From assembly GCA_965223755.1 (NCBI GenBank), contig CBDCXF010000001.1, positions 937,256 to 1,001,255 of the forward strand: DNA of 64,000 nucleotides. The letters run 5' to 3'. Origin of the DNA: Candidatus Multivoradales bacterium (lineage in GTDB: Bacteria; Acidobacteriota; Thermoanaerobaculia; Multivoradales; JAHEKO01). The translations under genes were made by a program, and so were the position numbers. Below, in pieces: positions 1 through 9,292 of this stretch (position 1 is the stretch's first letter; each line of letters starts with the position of its first letter). Below the pieces are notes generated by a model. That model was not told the DNA's origin. It made no database searches and was given only the letters and a program-made list of their open reading frames with translations.

Positions 1-1
1 C

Positions 2-445
2 AACCGTCTGGTGGCTTCGTTCCCGCGCCGCCGCCGCTTCCCCACTCCCAAGCAGGTCTTTGAAGCTCCCGAGCGGCTCTACCGCAGTGCCGGGGTTTCC
101 CAAGCCAAGGAACGCTATCTGCGCGACCTCGCGGCGCACTTTCTCGATGGGCGCATCCAGCCGCGGACTCTTTCCCGCCGGACACCCGAGGACATCCGCG
201 CCACTATCACTCAGGTTGCGGGGATTGGCGACTGGACCGCCGACATCTTCCTCATTTCGGCCCTAGGCCATGCCGACATCCTGCCGGCGCTCGATCTAGG
301 AATTCGCAAAGGAGTGCAGAGGCTCGATGACTTGGAAGAACTTCCCTCAGTCGACGACGTTGCAATCAGGGGAGAGGCCTGGAGCCCCTATAGATCGACC
401 GCAGCTTGGTATCTATGGAGAATCTTGGATAGTGGGAGGGGATAA
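2..445 (+). CDS. DNA-3-methyladenine glycosylase II family (AlkA-like HhH-GPD domain), 5'-truncated at the window edge
   Basis: Frame is open from nt 2. HhH motif ITQVAGIGDWTADIFLIS and AlkA-like C-terminus AWSPYRSTAAWYLWRI. Stop at 443-445. Confidence 0.6.
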   Translation, partial: NRLVASFPRRRRFPTPKQVFEAPERLYRSAGVSQAKERYLRDLAAHFLDGRIQPRTLSRRTPEDIRATITQVAGIGDWTADIFLISALGHADILPALDLGIRKGVQRLDDLEELPSVDDVAIRGEAWSPYRSTAAWYLWRILDSGRG

Positions 446-454
446 ACCCCTCCC
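434..454. other. GC hairpin GGGAGGGG-ATAAA-CCCCTCCC overlapping the alkA stop codon
   Basis: Perfect 8-bp inverted repeat. The GAGGGGA motif recurs in the MITE-like element TIRs elsewhere. No U-tract follows. Confidence 0.35.
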
Positions 455-502
455 CTCGCGCACGGCGACTCGCTTGGACGGAAGAGGAGGTAAACCCGTC
501 CC

Positions 503-1714
503 CTACGCGGCGGCTCGCTGCCGGTCGGCGGCCTCTTCAACCTGCAGCCACGCCCTCAGCAAGTTCTCCCCCGCCACCTTACGCACGTCCTCTTCTGAGT
601 AGCCGCGTTCGAGTAAAACCCTAAGTAGGTTGGGGTAGGCGCTGACATCCTTGAGACCCGTGGGCAGGGAGTCACCAACTCCGTCGTAGTCGGAGCCGAT
701 GCCGACGTGGTCGATGCCGACCAGTTGGACGACGTGATCGATATGGTCGGCGACATCCTCGACATCGGCGTAGATGCGCGCATTCTCCGCGAAGTAGGCC
801 TCGCGGAACTCGTCCAACTCTGGAGCGTCATCCTGATATCCGTTTTCTTCAGCGAAGGCCCGGCGCTTGGCCCAGAAATCTTGACTCTGGGTATTGGCTT
901 CAGGAGTGACAAAGGCCGATCCGAAGTTGATCTGAATCACCCCCCCGTTCGCCGCCAGCGCGCGAATCATGTCGTCGCTCATGTTGCGCTCCCACTCCGG
1001 CGTGAACTTGCGGCACGAGGAATGCGACGCGATCACCGGAGCGCGGCTGGTCGCAAGCACTTGCTCCGCGGCGGCATCGGACAGGTGGGAGATGTCGATC
1101 ATCATGCCGAGATCGTTCATTCCCGCCACAACTTCGTTACCGAAGTCGCTGAGACCATCCCATTGGGCCTCATCTGCATAAGAAGAGTCGCTCAACTGGT
1201 TGTTTTCGGAGTGGGTCAAAGTGATGTAGCGGATGCCGCGCTGGTAGAAATGAACCAGATCTTCCAGGCTCTCGATCGGCGCGCCGTTTTCCATGCCCAG
1301 AGCAAACAGCACTTTGCCTTGCCCCATCGCAGAGCGAACGGCCTCAACACTCGACACCACGCTGAACTTGTCGGGATGGTTGTTCGCGATCTCTTCGACC
1401 CCATCAATGAGCAAGTCTGCGTGTTCGCCGGCGGTGCCGGTTTCTTGATGCTCGGCTGGGACATAGATGGACATGAAGGCGACATCCAGGCCGCCGGCAC
1501 GGGCACGCGGAAAGTCGAAGTCGCCGCTGTCGGTGCGCTCGGAGATGTCCGCCGGCTCGTCGAACAGACGGTACGGAACGTCGATGTGGGTGTCGATGAG
1601 GATCGCTTCTTGGGCGATTCGCTCGGCGACCGGTCCGTAGTCGACGGCGGGAGGCGTCGCTTCCGTCGAACAGGCGGCGACGACAACTAAGGCGGTAAAT
1701 AGGATATTTCTCAT
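503..1714 (-). CDS. membrane dipeptidase (peptidase M19, renal dipeptidase family), secreted
   Basis: MRNILFTALVVVAACS signal peptide. M19 motifs IDTHIDVPY and HSENNQLSDSS. ATG at 1714 preceded by a GGGAG RBS. The longer ORF listed to 2224 is read-through of the upstream repeat. Confidence 0.85.
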   Translation of the reverse strand: MRNILFTALVVVAACSTEATPPAVDYGPVAERIAQEAILIDTHIDVPYRLFDEPADISERTDSGDFDFPRARAGGLDVAFMSIYVPAEHQETGTAGEHADLLIDGVEEIANNHPDKFSVVSSVEAVRSAMGQGKVLFALGMENGAPIESLEDLVHFYQRGIRYITLTHSENNQLSDSSYADEAQWDGLSDFGNEVVAGMNDLGMMIDISHLSDAAAEQVLATSRAPVIASHSSCRKFTPEWERNMSDDMIRALAANGGVIQINFGSAFVTPEANTQSQDFWAKRRAFAEENGYQDDAPELDEFREAYFAENARIYADVEDVADHIDHVVQLVGIDHVGIGSDYDGVGDSLPTGLKDVSAYPNLLRVLLERGYSEEDVRKVAGENLLRAWLQVEEAADRQRAAA

Positions 1715-1737
1715 TTCGTACTCCCAACCGTAACAAC

Positions 1738-1806
1738 CCGCTCGCTGGTTTTGCTTAACCGGGTTTTGTGCAACCGGGTTCTGCGCAACCGGTTTTTGTG
1801 CAACCG
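1738..1806. repeat. four tandem copies of a 15-bp unit (TTGTGCAACCGGGTT-like)
   Basis: Direct inspection: ttgcttaaccgggtt / ttgtgcaaccgggtt / ctgcgcaaccggttt / ttgtgcaaccgagtc. Located between the recJ stop and the dipeptidase start. Confidence 0.7.
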
Positions 1807-1808
1807 AG

Positions 1809-3524
1809 TCACGACTCCGCTTCCAGCGCCAGAACCTGCAACTGCAAGGTCTCCGGCTCGCGGTAGTCGTTGACCGACAGACGATAGACCACCCGCGCCG
1901 GGAATGGCGACTGCGGCCACCCATCATCGTTGGTGCGAAAGGCGATCGCCGACAACGGCCGATCAGAATCGGGGTGGCGCAATTGCAAGCGCAGATGTTT
2001 TTCACCGACAACCGACCGCCCCTCCACGACAAAAAGGCCGTCAAACGAGGGCTCCTCGAAAGCCCGGCCCCAAGGGCCTCCGCCTCGAATCGCGCGTGCC
2101 AATTCGAGGTCGAACTCCTGGGGCTGCAGTTCGCCGTCGGTGACCCATACGCCACGCAGGTCTTCAGGATCGACCAGGCGTTTCGCTTCAGCCTCAAACC
2201 GAGCCCGAAAATCGTCAAAGCCATTCGGCTGCAAGGTCAGGCCTGCGGCCATCGCGTGTCCCCCGTACCGAACCATCAAACCGGGGACCGCGAGATCGAT
2301 GGTCTCCAGCAGGTCGCGAGCGTGCACTCCGGGCACCGAACGCATGGACCCTCGCAACCCCTCGTCGCCGGCGGCGAACGCCACCACCGGGCGATGAAAC
2401 CGTTCGCGCAACCGCGAAGCGACGATGCCGAGCACTCCTTCGTGCCACTCGGACTCGTACACCGCCAGGCCACTCGGCAACCGCTCGGGATCGCCGAAGG
2501 AGATCTCGTCGAGAACCGCCAGGGCCTCCTCTTCCATCCCAGCCTCGACCCTTTTGCGTTCACGGTTGAGATGTTCGAGGCGCATGGCGCGGTCCAGAGC
2601 CCGCGGAAAGTCCTGTTCGAGCAAACATTCAATGCCCACCGACATGTCGTCCATGCGGCCGGCGGCGTTGAGACGGGGGCCGATGACGAAACCCAAATCG
2701 CTGGAATTGATCGCCTTGGCACGCCGCCCCCCAACCTCCAACAGAGCTCGCACTCCCGGGCGCGCGTGGCCGGAGCGCATCCGCGCCAGTCCGTTGGCGA
2801 CCAGCGTGCGGTTGACGTGATCGAGGGGCACTACATCGGCGACCGTACCGATCGCCACCAGGTCCAACAGCGGCCCCAGAGCCGGTTCGTTGCCGTCTGG
2901 AAAGAAATCACGGCGGCGCAACTCGGCGCGTACCGCCGAGATGACATAGAACGCCACCCCAACTCCGGCGAGACTCTTGGACGCAAAGGTGTCGTCGAGC
3001 CGATTGGGGTTGACGATGGCGTCGGCCTCCGGGAGTTCGGGCCCAGGAAGATGGTGATCGGTCACCACCACCGTGGCTCCAAGCTCCTTCGCAGCCTGCA
3101 CTCCTTCGAAACTGGCAACCCCGTTGTCGACGGTGATGACCAGCTTCGGCGCCAGATCGGCGAAGGTGGACACCAAACCAGGCCCCAACCCATAGCCGTC
3201 AACGAAGCGATTGGGAACGCGGTAGTCGACGCGTGACGCACCCATCGCCTGCAGCGCGCTGACCATCAGCACCGTCGCAGTGGCGCCGTCGGCGTCGTAG
3301 TCGCCGACGATGACGATTTGCTCGTCGGCGACGACGGTGTCAGCAATCAGAGAAGCCGCTCGATCGATATCGACCAGGGCATCGTAGGTTGGCAGACGTT
3401 TGAGATGGTAATCGAGCGCGCCCGTATCGGAAGCGCCGCGAGCATCGTAGATGCGCGCCAGCACCTCGCCCAGGTGTGATTGGAGATCTTCAGCGGGCGC
3501 CGACTCGCGCCGTCGAATCCTCAA
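1809..3524 (-). CDS. recJ: single-stranded-DNA-specific exonuclease RecJ
   Basis: DHH motifs IVIVGDYDADGATA and VVVTDHH, plus a DHHA1 region. 571 aa. Confidence 0.9.
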   Translation of the reverse strand: MRIRRRESAPAEDLQSHLGEVLARIYDARGASDTGALDYHLKRLPTYDALVDIDRAASLIADTVVADEQIVIVGDYDADGATATVLMVSALQAMGASRVDYRVPNRFVDGYGLGPGLVSTFADLAPKLVITVDNGVASFEGVQAAKELGATVVVTDHHLPGPELPEADAIVNPNRLDDTFASKSLAGVGVAFYVISAVRAELRRRDFFPDGNEPALGPLLDLVAIGTVADVVPLDHVNRTLVANGLARMRSGHARPGVRALLEVGGRRAKAINSSDLGFVIGPRLNAAGRMDDMSVGIECLLEQDFPRALDRAMRLEHLNRERKRVEAGMEEEALAVLDEISFGDPERLPSGLAVYESEWHEGVLGIVASRLRERFHRPVVAFAAGDEGLRGSMRSVPGVHARDLLETIDLAVPGLMVRYGGHAMAAGLTLQPNGFDDFRARFEAEAKRLVDPEDLRGVWVTDGELQPQEFDLELARAIRGGGPWGRAFEEPSFDGLFVVEGRSVVGEKHLRLQLRHPDSDRPLSAIAFRTNDDGWPQSPFPARVVYRLSVNDYREPETLQLQVLALEAES

Positions 3525-3578
3525 CGCCGCGCCAGCCTAACCGCAGCCGCTGCCGTAGCCGCAGCCGCAGCCGTGGTC

Positions 3579-4145
3579 CTACGCGCGTTCGAGGTACGAC
3601 CCATCTTCCGTTAGAACGCGAACGCGATCACCGGTCTTGATGAAGTTGGGCACTTGGATGGTGACGCCGGTTTCCAATGTCGCGTCCTTGGTGACGGCGG
3701 TTGCGGTGTTGCCCTTGGCAGCGTCATCGATGGTTTCCACGACCGTGAACTCCATCTTCTGCGGCAGTTGCACGCCGATCGCCTTGCCCTCATACATGGT
3801 GACCTGAACTTCCGCGTTCTCCGTCAGGAACTTGGCGCCCAGACCCAGAGTGTCCTCGTCGATCGAAACCTGCTCGTAGGACTCGAGGTCCATGAAGACA
3901 TAGCCGCTGCCGTCGTTGTACAAGTACTGCATCGATGTAGTGGTGACGTCGGCGGTCTCCATGGTCGTCCCCGCCCGCACGGTGTGGTCGATGACTTTGC
4001 CGGTAATGATGCCTTTGAGTTTGAACTTAACGAAGGCGCCGCCTTTTCCGGGCTTGTGGTGCGCGCGCTCCACCACCGTGTAGAGGTCGTTGTTGTGAAT
4101 CAGTTTCGTTCCAGGACGCGCCTGGTTGGCGTCAATCGATCCCAT
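3579..4145 (-). CDS. efp: elongation factor P
   Basis: MGSIDANQARPGTKLIHNNDLYTVVERAHHKPGKGGAFVKFKLK, 188 aa. ATG at 4145 with a GGAG RBS. The ORF extension to 4226 is unlikely. Confidence 0.9.
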   Translation of the reverse strand: MGSIDANQARPGTKLIHNNDLYTVVERAHHKPGKGGAFVKFKLKGIITGKVIDHTVRAGTTMETADVTTTSMQYLYNDGSGYVFMDLESYEQVSIDEDTLGLGAKFLTENAEVQVTMYEGKAIGVQLPQKMEFTVVETIDDAAKGNTATAVTKDATLETGVTIQVPNFIKTGDRVRVLTEDGSYLERA

Positions 4146-4345
4146 TTTTGGGTACTCCCAAGGAAAGTCGTATGGTGAATTTGTCGACGGACCGCGCGCA
4201 TCCTTGTAGACCAAGTCGTGCTGCAAGGTCGCGCCTCGAACTGCCGGGTCTATTGTTCCATGAACAGGCAGTGCTTGGCCCCCATCTCAGACCAATCACG
4301 GCAATCGATCTCAAGCAAACTCCGGTGGGCGAATAGAATCGGCCG

Positions 4346-6037
4346 ATGCGCAAACTCCTCATCTTTGCCGCCTTTGTCATCTTTGCAGCCATCGCCTCCA
4401 CACTCGGCTGCCAGAACACGGCGTCGACACCCGCCGATCTGGTCCTCACCGGCGGCGTCATCCGCACCATGGATGCCGATCGCACCGTCGCAGAAGCAAT
4501 CGCGGTGCAAGGCGACCGCATCATCGCGCTCGGCAGCAGCGAAGACGCCAAAGCCTGGATCGGCCGAGACACCGAGGTTGTCGAGCTCGCAGGCGCCACC
4601 GTGCTGCCCGGCCTGATCGAGAGCCACGGCCATTTTCTCGGCTTCGGCGAAACCCTCACCCAGGTCGACCTCACCGACGCAGTCGATTTCGAGGACGTCG
4701 TCGCACGCGTCGCAGCCGCGGCGGCCCAAGCCGAGCCAGGGTCCTGGATCCGTGGCTTCGGGTGGCATCAAGAGAAGTGGCGCGAAACCCCGGCGGACGC
4801 TGTCGGTGGATTTCCGGTGCACGACTCGCTCAGCGCTCGGACGCCGGATCACCCGGTGTTCCTGTCCCACGCTTCCGGCCACGCTGCCTTGGTTAATGCC
4901 AAAGCCATGGAGTTGGCTGCCATCACCGCCGACACTGCGGCACCCGAAGGCGGCGAAATCTTGCTCGGCGCCCATGGCGAACCCACCGGCCTGCTCAACG
5001 AATCGGCGGAAAACCTCGCCGTCGCCCGCATGGAAGTGGATTTGGGACGCGATGAGCACAGCTTGCGCGCCGCCGCAGAGGCCGCGGCGGCCGAAAGTCT
5101 GGCCCACGGGGTGACCACCTTTGTTGACGCCGGCACCACCCTGGCGACACTCCACGCCCTGGGCGCCGTCGCCGACGAGGGCGAACTAGGGGTCCGTCTG
5201 TGGGCAATGATCCGCGACTCCAACGACAACCTGTCCGGCGAACCCCCGCAACCGAGCGACTGGTTTCGGGTGGGAGGCATCAAGGTCTCTCTCGACGGCG
5301 CTTTGGGATCGCGAGGAGCGTGGCTGTTGGAGGACTACACCGACGCACCGGGCCAGACCGGCCTCCAGCAGGTCAGTCTCGAGAGCCTGCGCGAGACCGC
5401 AAACATCGCCCGCGACCGCGGCTTGCAACTGTGCGTGCACGCGATCGGCGACCGCGCCAACCGCGAGATCCTCGACCTCTACGAAGAGTTCTTAGACTCG
5501 CAGGACAGGTCGCCACGTTGGCGCGTCGAGCACGCCCAGCACCTCCACCCAGAAGACATCCCGCGGTTTGCAGCATTGGATGTCGTGGCGTCGGTGCAGG
5601 GGGTCCATTGCACCTCCGACGGACCTTGGGTGCCGACGCGTTTGGGTGAGCGGCGAGCGCGGGAGGGCGGCTACGTTTGGCGCCTACTCCTCGACTCCGG
5701 AGCGCTGGTCGTCAACGGCACCGATGTTCCCGTTGAAGCCATCGATCCGTTCGCCAACCTGGAATCGAGCGTCACCCGCGTGATGGGCAATGGCGAGGCG
5801 TTCTACCCCGATCAAGTGATGACCGTCGAGGAAGCCCTTCGTTCCTACACCATCGACGGCGCTTACGCGATCTTCGCCGAGGATGAGCTGGGGTCGTTAA
5901 CTCCCGGGAAGCTCGCCGACCTGATCGTCCTCGACCGCGACCCCGTCGCCGTGCCCAGCTCCCAGTTGTCCGAGCTCCGGGTACTGCGAACCGTGGTCGG
6001 CGGCCAGACCCGCTATCTGGCGGATCAATCCGAATAG
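4346..6037 (+). CDS. amidohydrolase family protein (Amidohydro_3), lipoprotein
   Basis: Signal plus lipobox LGC. Metal-binding LPGLIESHGHF motif. Shows C-terminal amidohydrolase homology. Confidence 0.85.
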   Translation: MRKLLIFAAFVIFAAIASTLGCQNTASTPADLVLTGGVIRTMDADRTVAEAIAVQGDRIIALGSSEDAKAWIGRDTEVVELAGATVLPGLIESHGHFLGFGETLTQVDLTDAVDFEDVVARVAAAAAQAEPGSWIRGFGWHQEKWRETPADAVGGFPVHDSLSARTPDHPVFLSHASGHAALVNAKAMELAAITADTAAPEGGEILLGAHGEPTGLLNESAENLAVARMEVDLGRDEHSLRAAAEAAAAESLAHGVTTFVDAGTTLATLHALGAVADEGELGVRLWAMIRDSNDNLSGEPPQPSDWFRVGGIKVSLDGALGSRGAWLLEDYTDAPGQTGLQQVSLESLRETANIARDRGLQLCVHAIGDRANREILDLYEEFLDSQDRSPRWRVEHAQHLHPEDIPRFAALDVVASVQGVHCTSDGPWVPTRLGERRAREGGYVWRLLLDSGALVVNGTDVPVEAIDPFANLESSVTRVMGNGEAFYPDQVMTVEEALRSYTIDGAYAIFAEDELGSLTPGKLADLIVLDRDPVAVPSSQLSELRVLRTVVGGQTRYLADQSE

Positions 6038-6061
6038 GGCACCCCCTCGTAACACCGACCG

Positions 6062-7039
6062 ATGCGCAATCGATTGACTTACCCGCGTTTCTTCTGCCTT
6101 CTGGCTCTGTGCCTCGCAGGTACTCCAGTAGCCTCGGACGAAGACGCTCCTGCCGGTGTCGAGATCCTGTTGCCGCGGGGTGCCATAGCGGCGGTCTTTG
6201 AGCCCCAATGGGTCACGGCCGAAGAAGCGACGATCCCAGACGAGGCATGGGTCCTCGGCATCGTCGTTGACGACGAGGCCCACGCCTACAGCCTCAACCT
6301 GCTCAACCGCCACGAAATCGTCAACGATCGCTTCGGCGACCTGCCGGTCGCCGCGGTCTGGTGACCTCTCGCCAATACGGCCGTGGTCTACGGCCGCCAG
6401 CACGGCGAACAAGAACTCAACTTTGAAGCCTCGGGGGGACTCCTCGACGCGTCTTTGGTGATGCGCGACCGCGAGACCGACAGTTGGTGGTCGATCATGA
6501 CCTCCGACGCCATCGGCGGCGAGCTACACGGCAAAGCGCTCGATCAACTCCCGATGGGCGAAAAACTTCCTTGGGGTGAATGGCGGCAGCGTCATCCGGA
6601 CACACTGGTCCTGTCGGTCGACGGCGTCGAGCACGACGACACCAATCCCTACGACAACTACTTCGCGTCCGACGGCACCTTTCGCGATATGCCGGTGGAC
6701 GACGATCGACTCCCGGCTAAAGCCCCTGTTTACAGCTTCTGGATCGACGGCCAGCCGCACGCCATCGCTCACTCGGCTCTTTCGGGAGCCACTCTTTTCG
6801 ATCTCGGCGACAGCGGCCGTGCGCTCCTCCACCGCGATTCAGACGCACCGATCTACGCCTCTTCCGACGCGTTTTTGATTCCCGCCGACTTCGATGCAGA
6901 GTTGACCGGGCCGGCGCTGCTCGCCGCGGCGCGGGAGGGAGCTCAAGGCATTACGCGCCTGTCCGGGTTTGACACCTTCTGGTACATCTGGACGTCGGTC
7001 AATCCACAGACCGAACTCCATACGCGCGCCGCCGAATAG
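6062..7039 (+). CDS. DUF3179 family secreted protein with an in-frame TGA at 6362-6364 (candidate selenocysteine codon, otherwise a pseudogene)
   Basis: ORFs 6062-6364 and 6383-7039 are in the same frame. Together they match DUF3179 across the TGA (…HEIVNDRFGDLPVAAVW-TGA-PLANTAVVYGR…SLVMRDRETDSWWS). The N-terminal signal peptide MRNRLTYPRFFCLLALCLAG is present. Confidence 0.6.
6378..6396 (+). promoter_or_regulatory. SECIS-like stem-loop 13 nt downstream of the in-frame UGA
   Basis: cggccgt-GGUCU-acggccg. A 7-bp stem with an apical loop GGUCU, the same loop sequence I recall for the E. coli fdhF SECIS. Confidence 0.35.
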
Positions 7040-7069
7040 CTACCGGCCGAGGCACACCGCCAAAGTGCG

Positions 7070-8380
7070 TTGACCGGCGCTGGGATTGCACGTATAACAG
7101 CCGCCATGGGCAGGTCCTCGACAGCGTGGCCGCTAGTTGCCGCTGCAACCACTCTCTGGGCTGTCGTTGCGACCTTTCTTTGGTTGCACCGGCGGCCGGA
7201 GGCGGCGCCCACGACCGTGGAAGAAGCTACCGAGGAAGTCGCCGACAGCGACGAGACCCCGGACACAGAAGGGAGTTGGGAGCTGGTGCCGGCGAGCTTT
7301 GATGACCTTCCGGGTTGGGTTGAGGACGACTTCACCGACGCTCAGCACGCCCTGTCACGGTCGTGCGCAACATTGCTCAAGTGGCCAGATAGCCGTGCCC
7401 TGAGCGCCCCTTGGGCCGGTACCGCTGCCGACTGGGACAGTTTTTGCCGGGCCGTCACCGAATCATCGGGGTCCGGTCTCAGTGAAGTTCTAACCGGCCA
7501 CTTGACCCCGGTCGAGGTCGTCGACCCGCAGGGCGACGGACTCTTTACCGGTTACTACGAGCCGACCTTGCAGGGCAGCCGAGCGCCATCGCAACGTTAC
7601 CGCTGGCCGCTCTACCAACGGCCTTCCGATCTCGTCGAACTGGATCTAGGGCGGTTTCGAGAACGCTTGCAAGGGGAGACCATTCTCGGCCGCGTCCACA
7701 ACCAGAGTTTTGAACCGTACCCCGAGCGCGCCGATCTCGACGCCGGCTATCTCCGCGATCGGGGCCTGGAACTAGCCTGGGTCGACGATCCGGTGGACGC
7801 CTTCTTTCTCCACATTCAAGGCTCGGGTCGAGTCGAACTTGATGACGGAACGACTTTGCGAGTGGGTTACGCCGGGCAAAACGGCCGCGCCTATTTCGCC
7901 ATTGGACGGGAACTCGTGCGTCGCGGGGCCCTGACGATGGAAGAAGTCTCCTTGCAGTCGATTCGCGCCTGGCTCAAGGACAACCCGGATCAAACCTTCG
8001 CCGTACTCCACACCAACCCTTCTTACATCTTCTTTCGCGAACTGAAAGGTCCGGGGCCCCTTGGCAGCCTGGGCGTACCTCTGACCACCAGGAGGTCCCT
8101 CGCGGTCGACCCCGATGTCGTACCCCTCGGCGCCCCGGTGTGGGTCGCAACCCAGGCGCCCACTCCCGAGGGCGGAGAGCGAGATTTACAGGCGCTGTTT
8201 TCGGCTCAGGACACTGGTGGCGCCATCCGCGGAGGCCAACGCGGCGATGTCTTTTGGGGCCCGGGGGCCGACGCCGCCGAGATCGCCGGCCGCATGAAAC
8301 ACCCGGGGCGCATGTGGGCGTTGGTCCCGCACGCTATAGCGCAGGGCCTCGAAGCGGACCCGCTGCAAGACGTCAAGTAA
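7070..8380 (+). CDS. mltA: membrane-bound lytic murein transglycosylase A (MltA)
   Basis: MltA domain (GYYEPTLQGS, WVDDPVDAFFLHIQGSGRV). C-terminal 3D domain motif DTGGAIRG. The start may instead be the ATG at 7106. Confidence 0.8.
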   Translation: MTGAGIARITAAMGRSSTAWPLVAAATTLWAVVATFLWLHRRPEAAPTTVEEATEEVADSDETPDTEGSWELVPASFDDLPGWVEDDFTDAQHALSRSCATLLKWPDSRALSAPWAGTAADWDSFCRAVTESSGSGLSEVLTGHLTPVEVVDPQGDGLFTGYYEPTLQGSRAPSQRYRWPLYQRPSDLVELDLGRFRERLQGETILGRVHNQSFEPYPERADLDAGYLRDRGLELAWVDDPVDAFFLHIQGSGRVELDDGTTLRVGYAGQNGRAYFAIGRELVRRGALTMEEVSLQSIRAWLKDNPDQTFAVLHTNPSYIFFRELKGPGPLGSLGVPLTTRRSLAVDPDVVPLGAPVWVATQAPTPEGGERDLQALFSAQDTGGAIRGGQRGDVFWGPGADAAEIAGRMKHPGRMWALVPHAIAQGLEADPLQDVK

Positions 8381-9245
8381 GCCAGTCGGCGTAGAGATCC
8401 GGTCGGCGATGGCGCAGAAACAGCCGCCGAGCGTGGGACGAAGCGGTCTCGTCGAGGTCGATATCGACCAGCAGCGTCTCTTCGGTTCCCGTCCCCGCTT
8501 CGGCGAGAACTTCGCCGGCCGGAGAACACACAAAAGACTCTCCGGCAAAATCCAAGGACTCCTCTTTGCCGACGCGGTTGCAAAGGGCGGTGAAGTAGCC
8601 GTTCTGAAAGGCGGCGACCTGCAACTCCGCCTGATAGAGACCATCCGGCCACTCGCCGGCTGTGCCGGCCTGGGGAATGACCACCAGTTCGGCGCCCTTC
8701 AGGGCCAACGCCCGCATGCACTCGGGATAGTGACGGTCGTAGCAGATCGCCACACCGACCTTGCCCACGGCGGTATCGAAGACCGGCATTCCGGCATCGC
8801 CAGGATCGTAGTAGTCCTGCTCGTGAAAGCCTTCGTAATCGGTTATGTGAACCATGCGAGTGGTTCCGAGCAAGCTGCCATCGGCGTCAATCACCGGTGA
8901 GCTGTCAAAGGTCCGCTCTCCTTCGCGTTCAAAGAAATTGAGAACCACGACCAAACCGAGTTCGGCGGCCAGTTCTCGAAAGGCCGTTACCGTGGGACCG
9001 GAGGTGGGTTCGGCGAGCTGCAATAGGTCGGCAGCCGGTCGAGAATCCGGCGCCCGATACTGTGGATAAAAGGGTGTAAAGGCCAACTCGGCGAACGCAA
9101 CCAGGCGAGCTCCCTGCGCCGCCGCACTGCGCGCCGCCGCCAAGCCGCGTTCCAGGTTCGACTCGATATCCTCATGCACGCGTTGCTGGACCAAGGCGAT
9201 TCGTTGAAAACGCACCCTCGAAGGATAACCGGTAGGCAACGACAA
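8373..9245 (-). CDS. carbon-nitrogen hydrolase family protein (nitrilase/amidase superfamily)
   Basis: Motifs AFAELAFTPF, GVAICYD and the glutamate/lysine/cysteine triad context. 290 aa. Its 3' end overlaps mltA by 8 nt (convergent). Confidence 0.85.
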   Translation of the reverse strand: MSLPTGYPSRVRFQRIALVQQRVHEDIESNLERGLAAARSAAAQGARLVAFAELAFTPFYPQYRAPDSRPAADLLQLAEPTSGPTVTAFRELAAELGLVVVLNFFEREGERTFDSSPVIDADGSLLGTTRMVHITDYEGFHEQDYYDPGDAGMPVFDTAVGKVGVAICYDRHYPECMRALALKGAELVVIPQAGTAGEWPDGLYQAELQVAAFQNGYFTALCNRVGKEESLDFAGESFVCSPAGEVLAEAGTGTEETLLVDIDLDETASSHARRLFLRHRRPDLYADWLT

Positions 9246-9292
9246 ATCCCGCCGGAGTTGCCTGTACGCTGTGCTACATTGCCGCCGCTGAT

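Noticed and set aside
503-2224. Extended 573-aa version of the dipeptidase ORF
   Set aside because: The upstream 170 codons translate the 15-bp tandem repeat and part of recJ antisense. The true start is the ATG at 1714 with an RBS and signal peptide.
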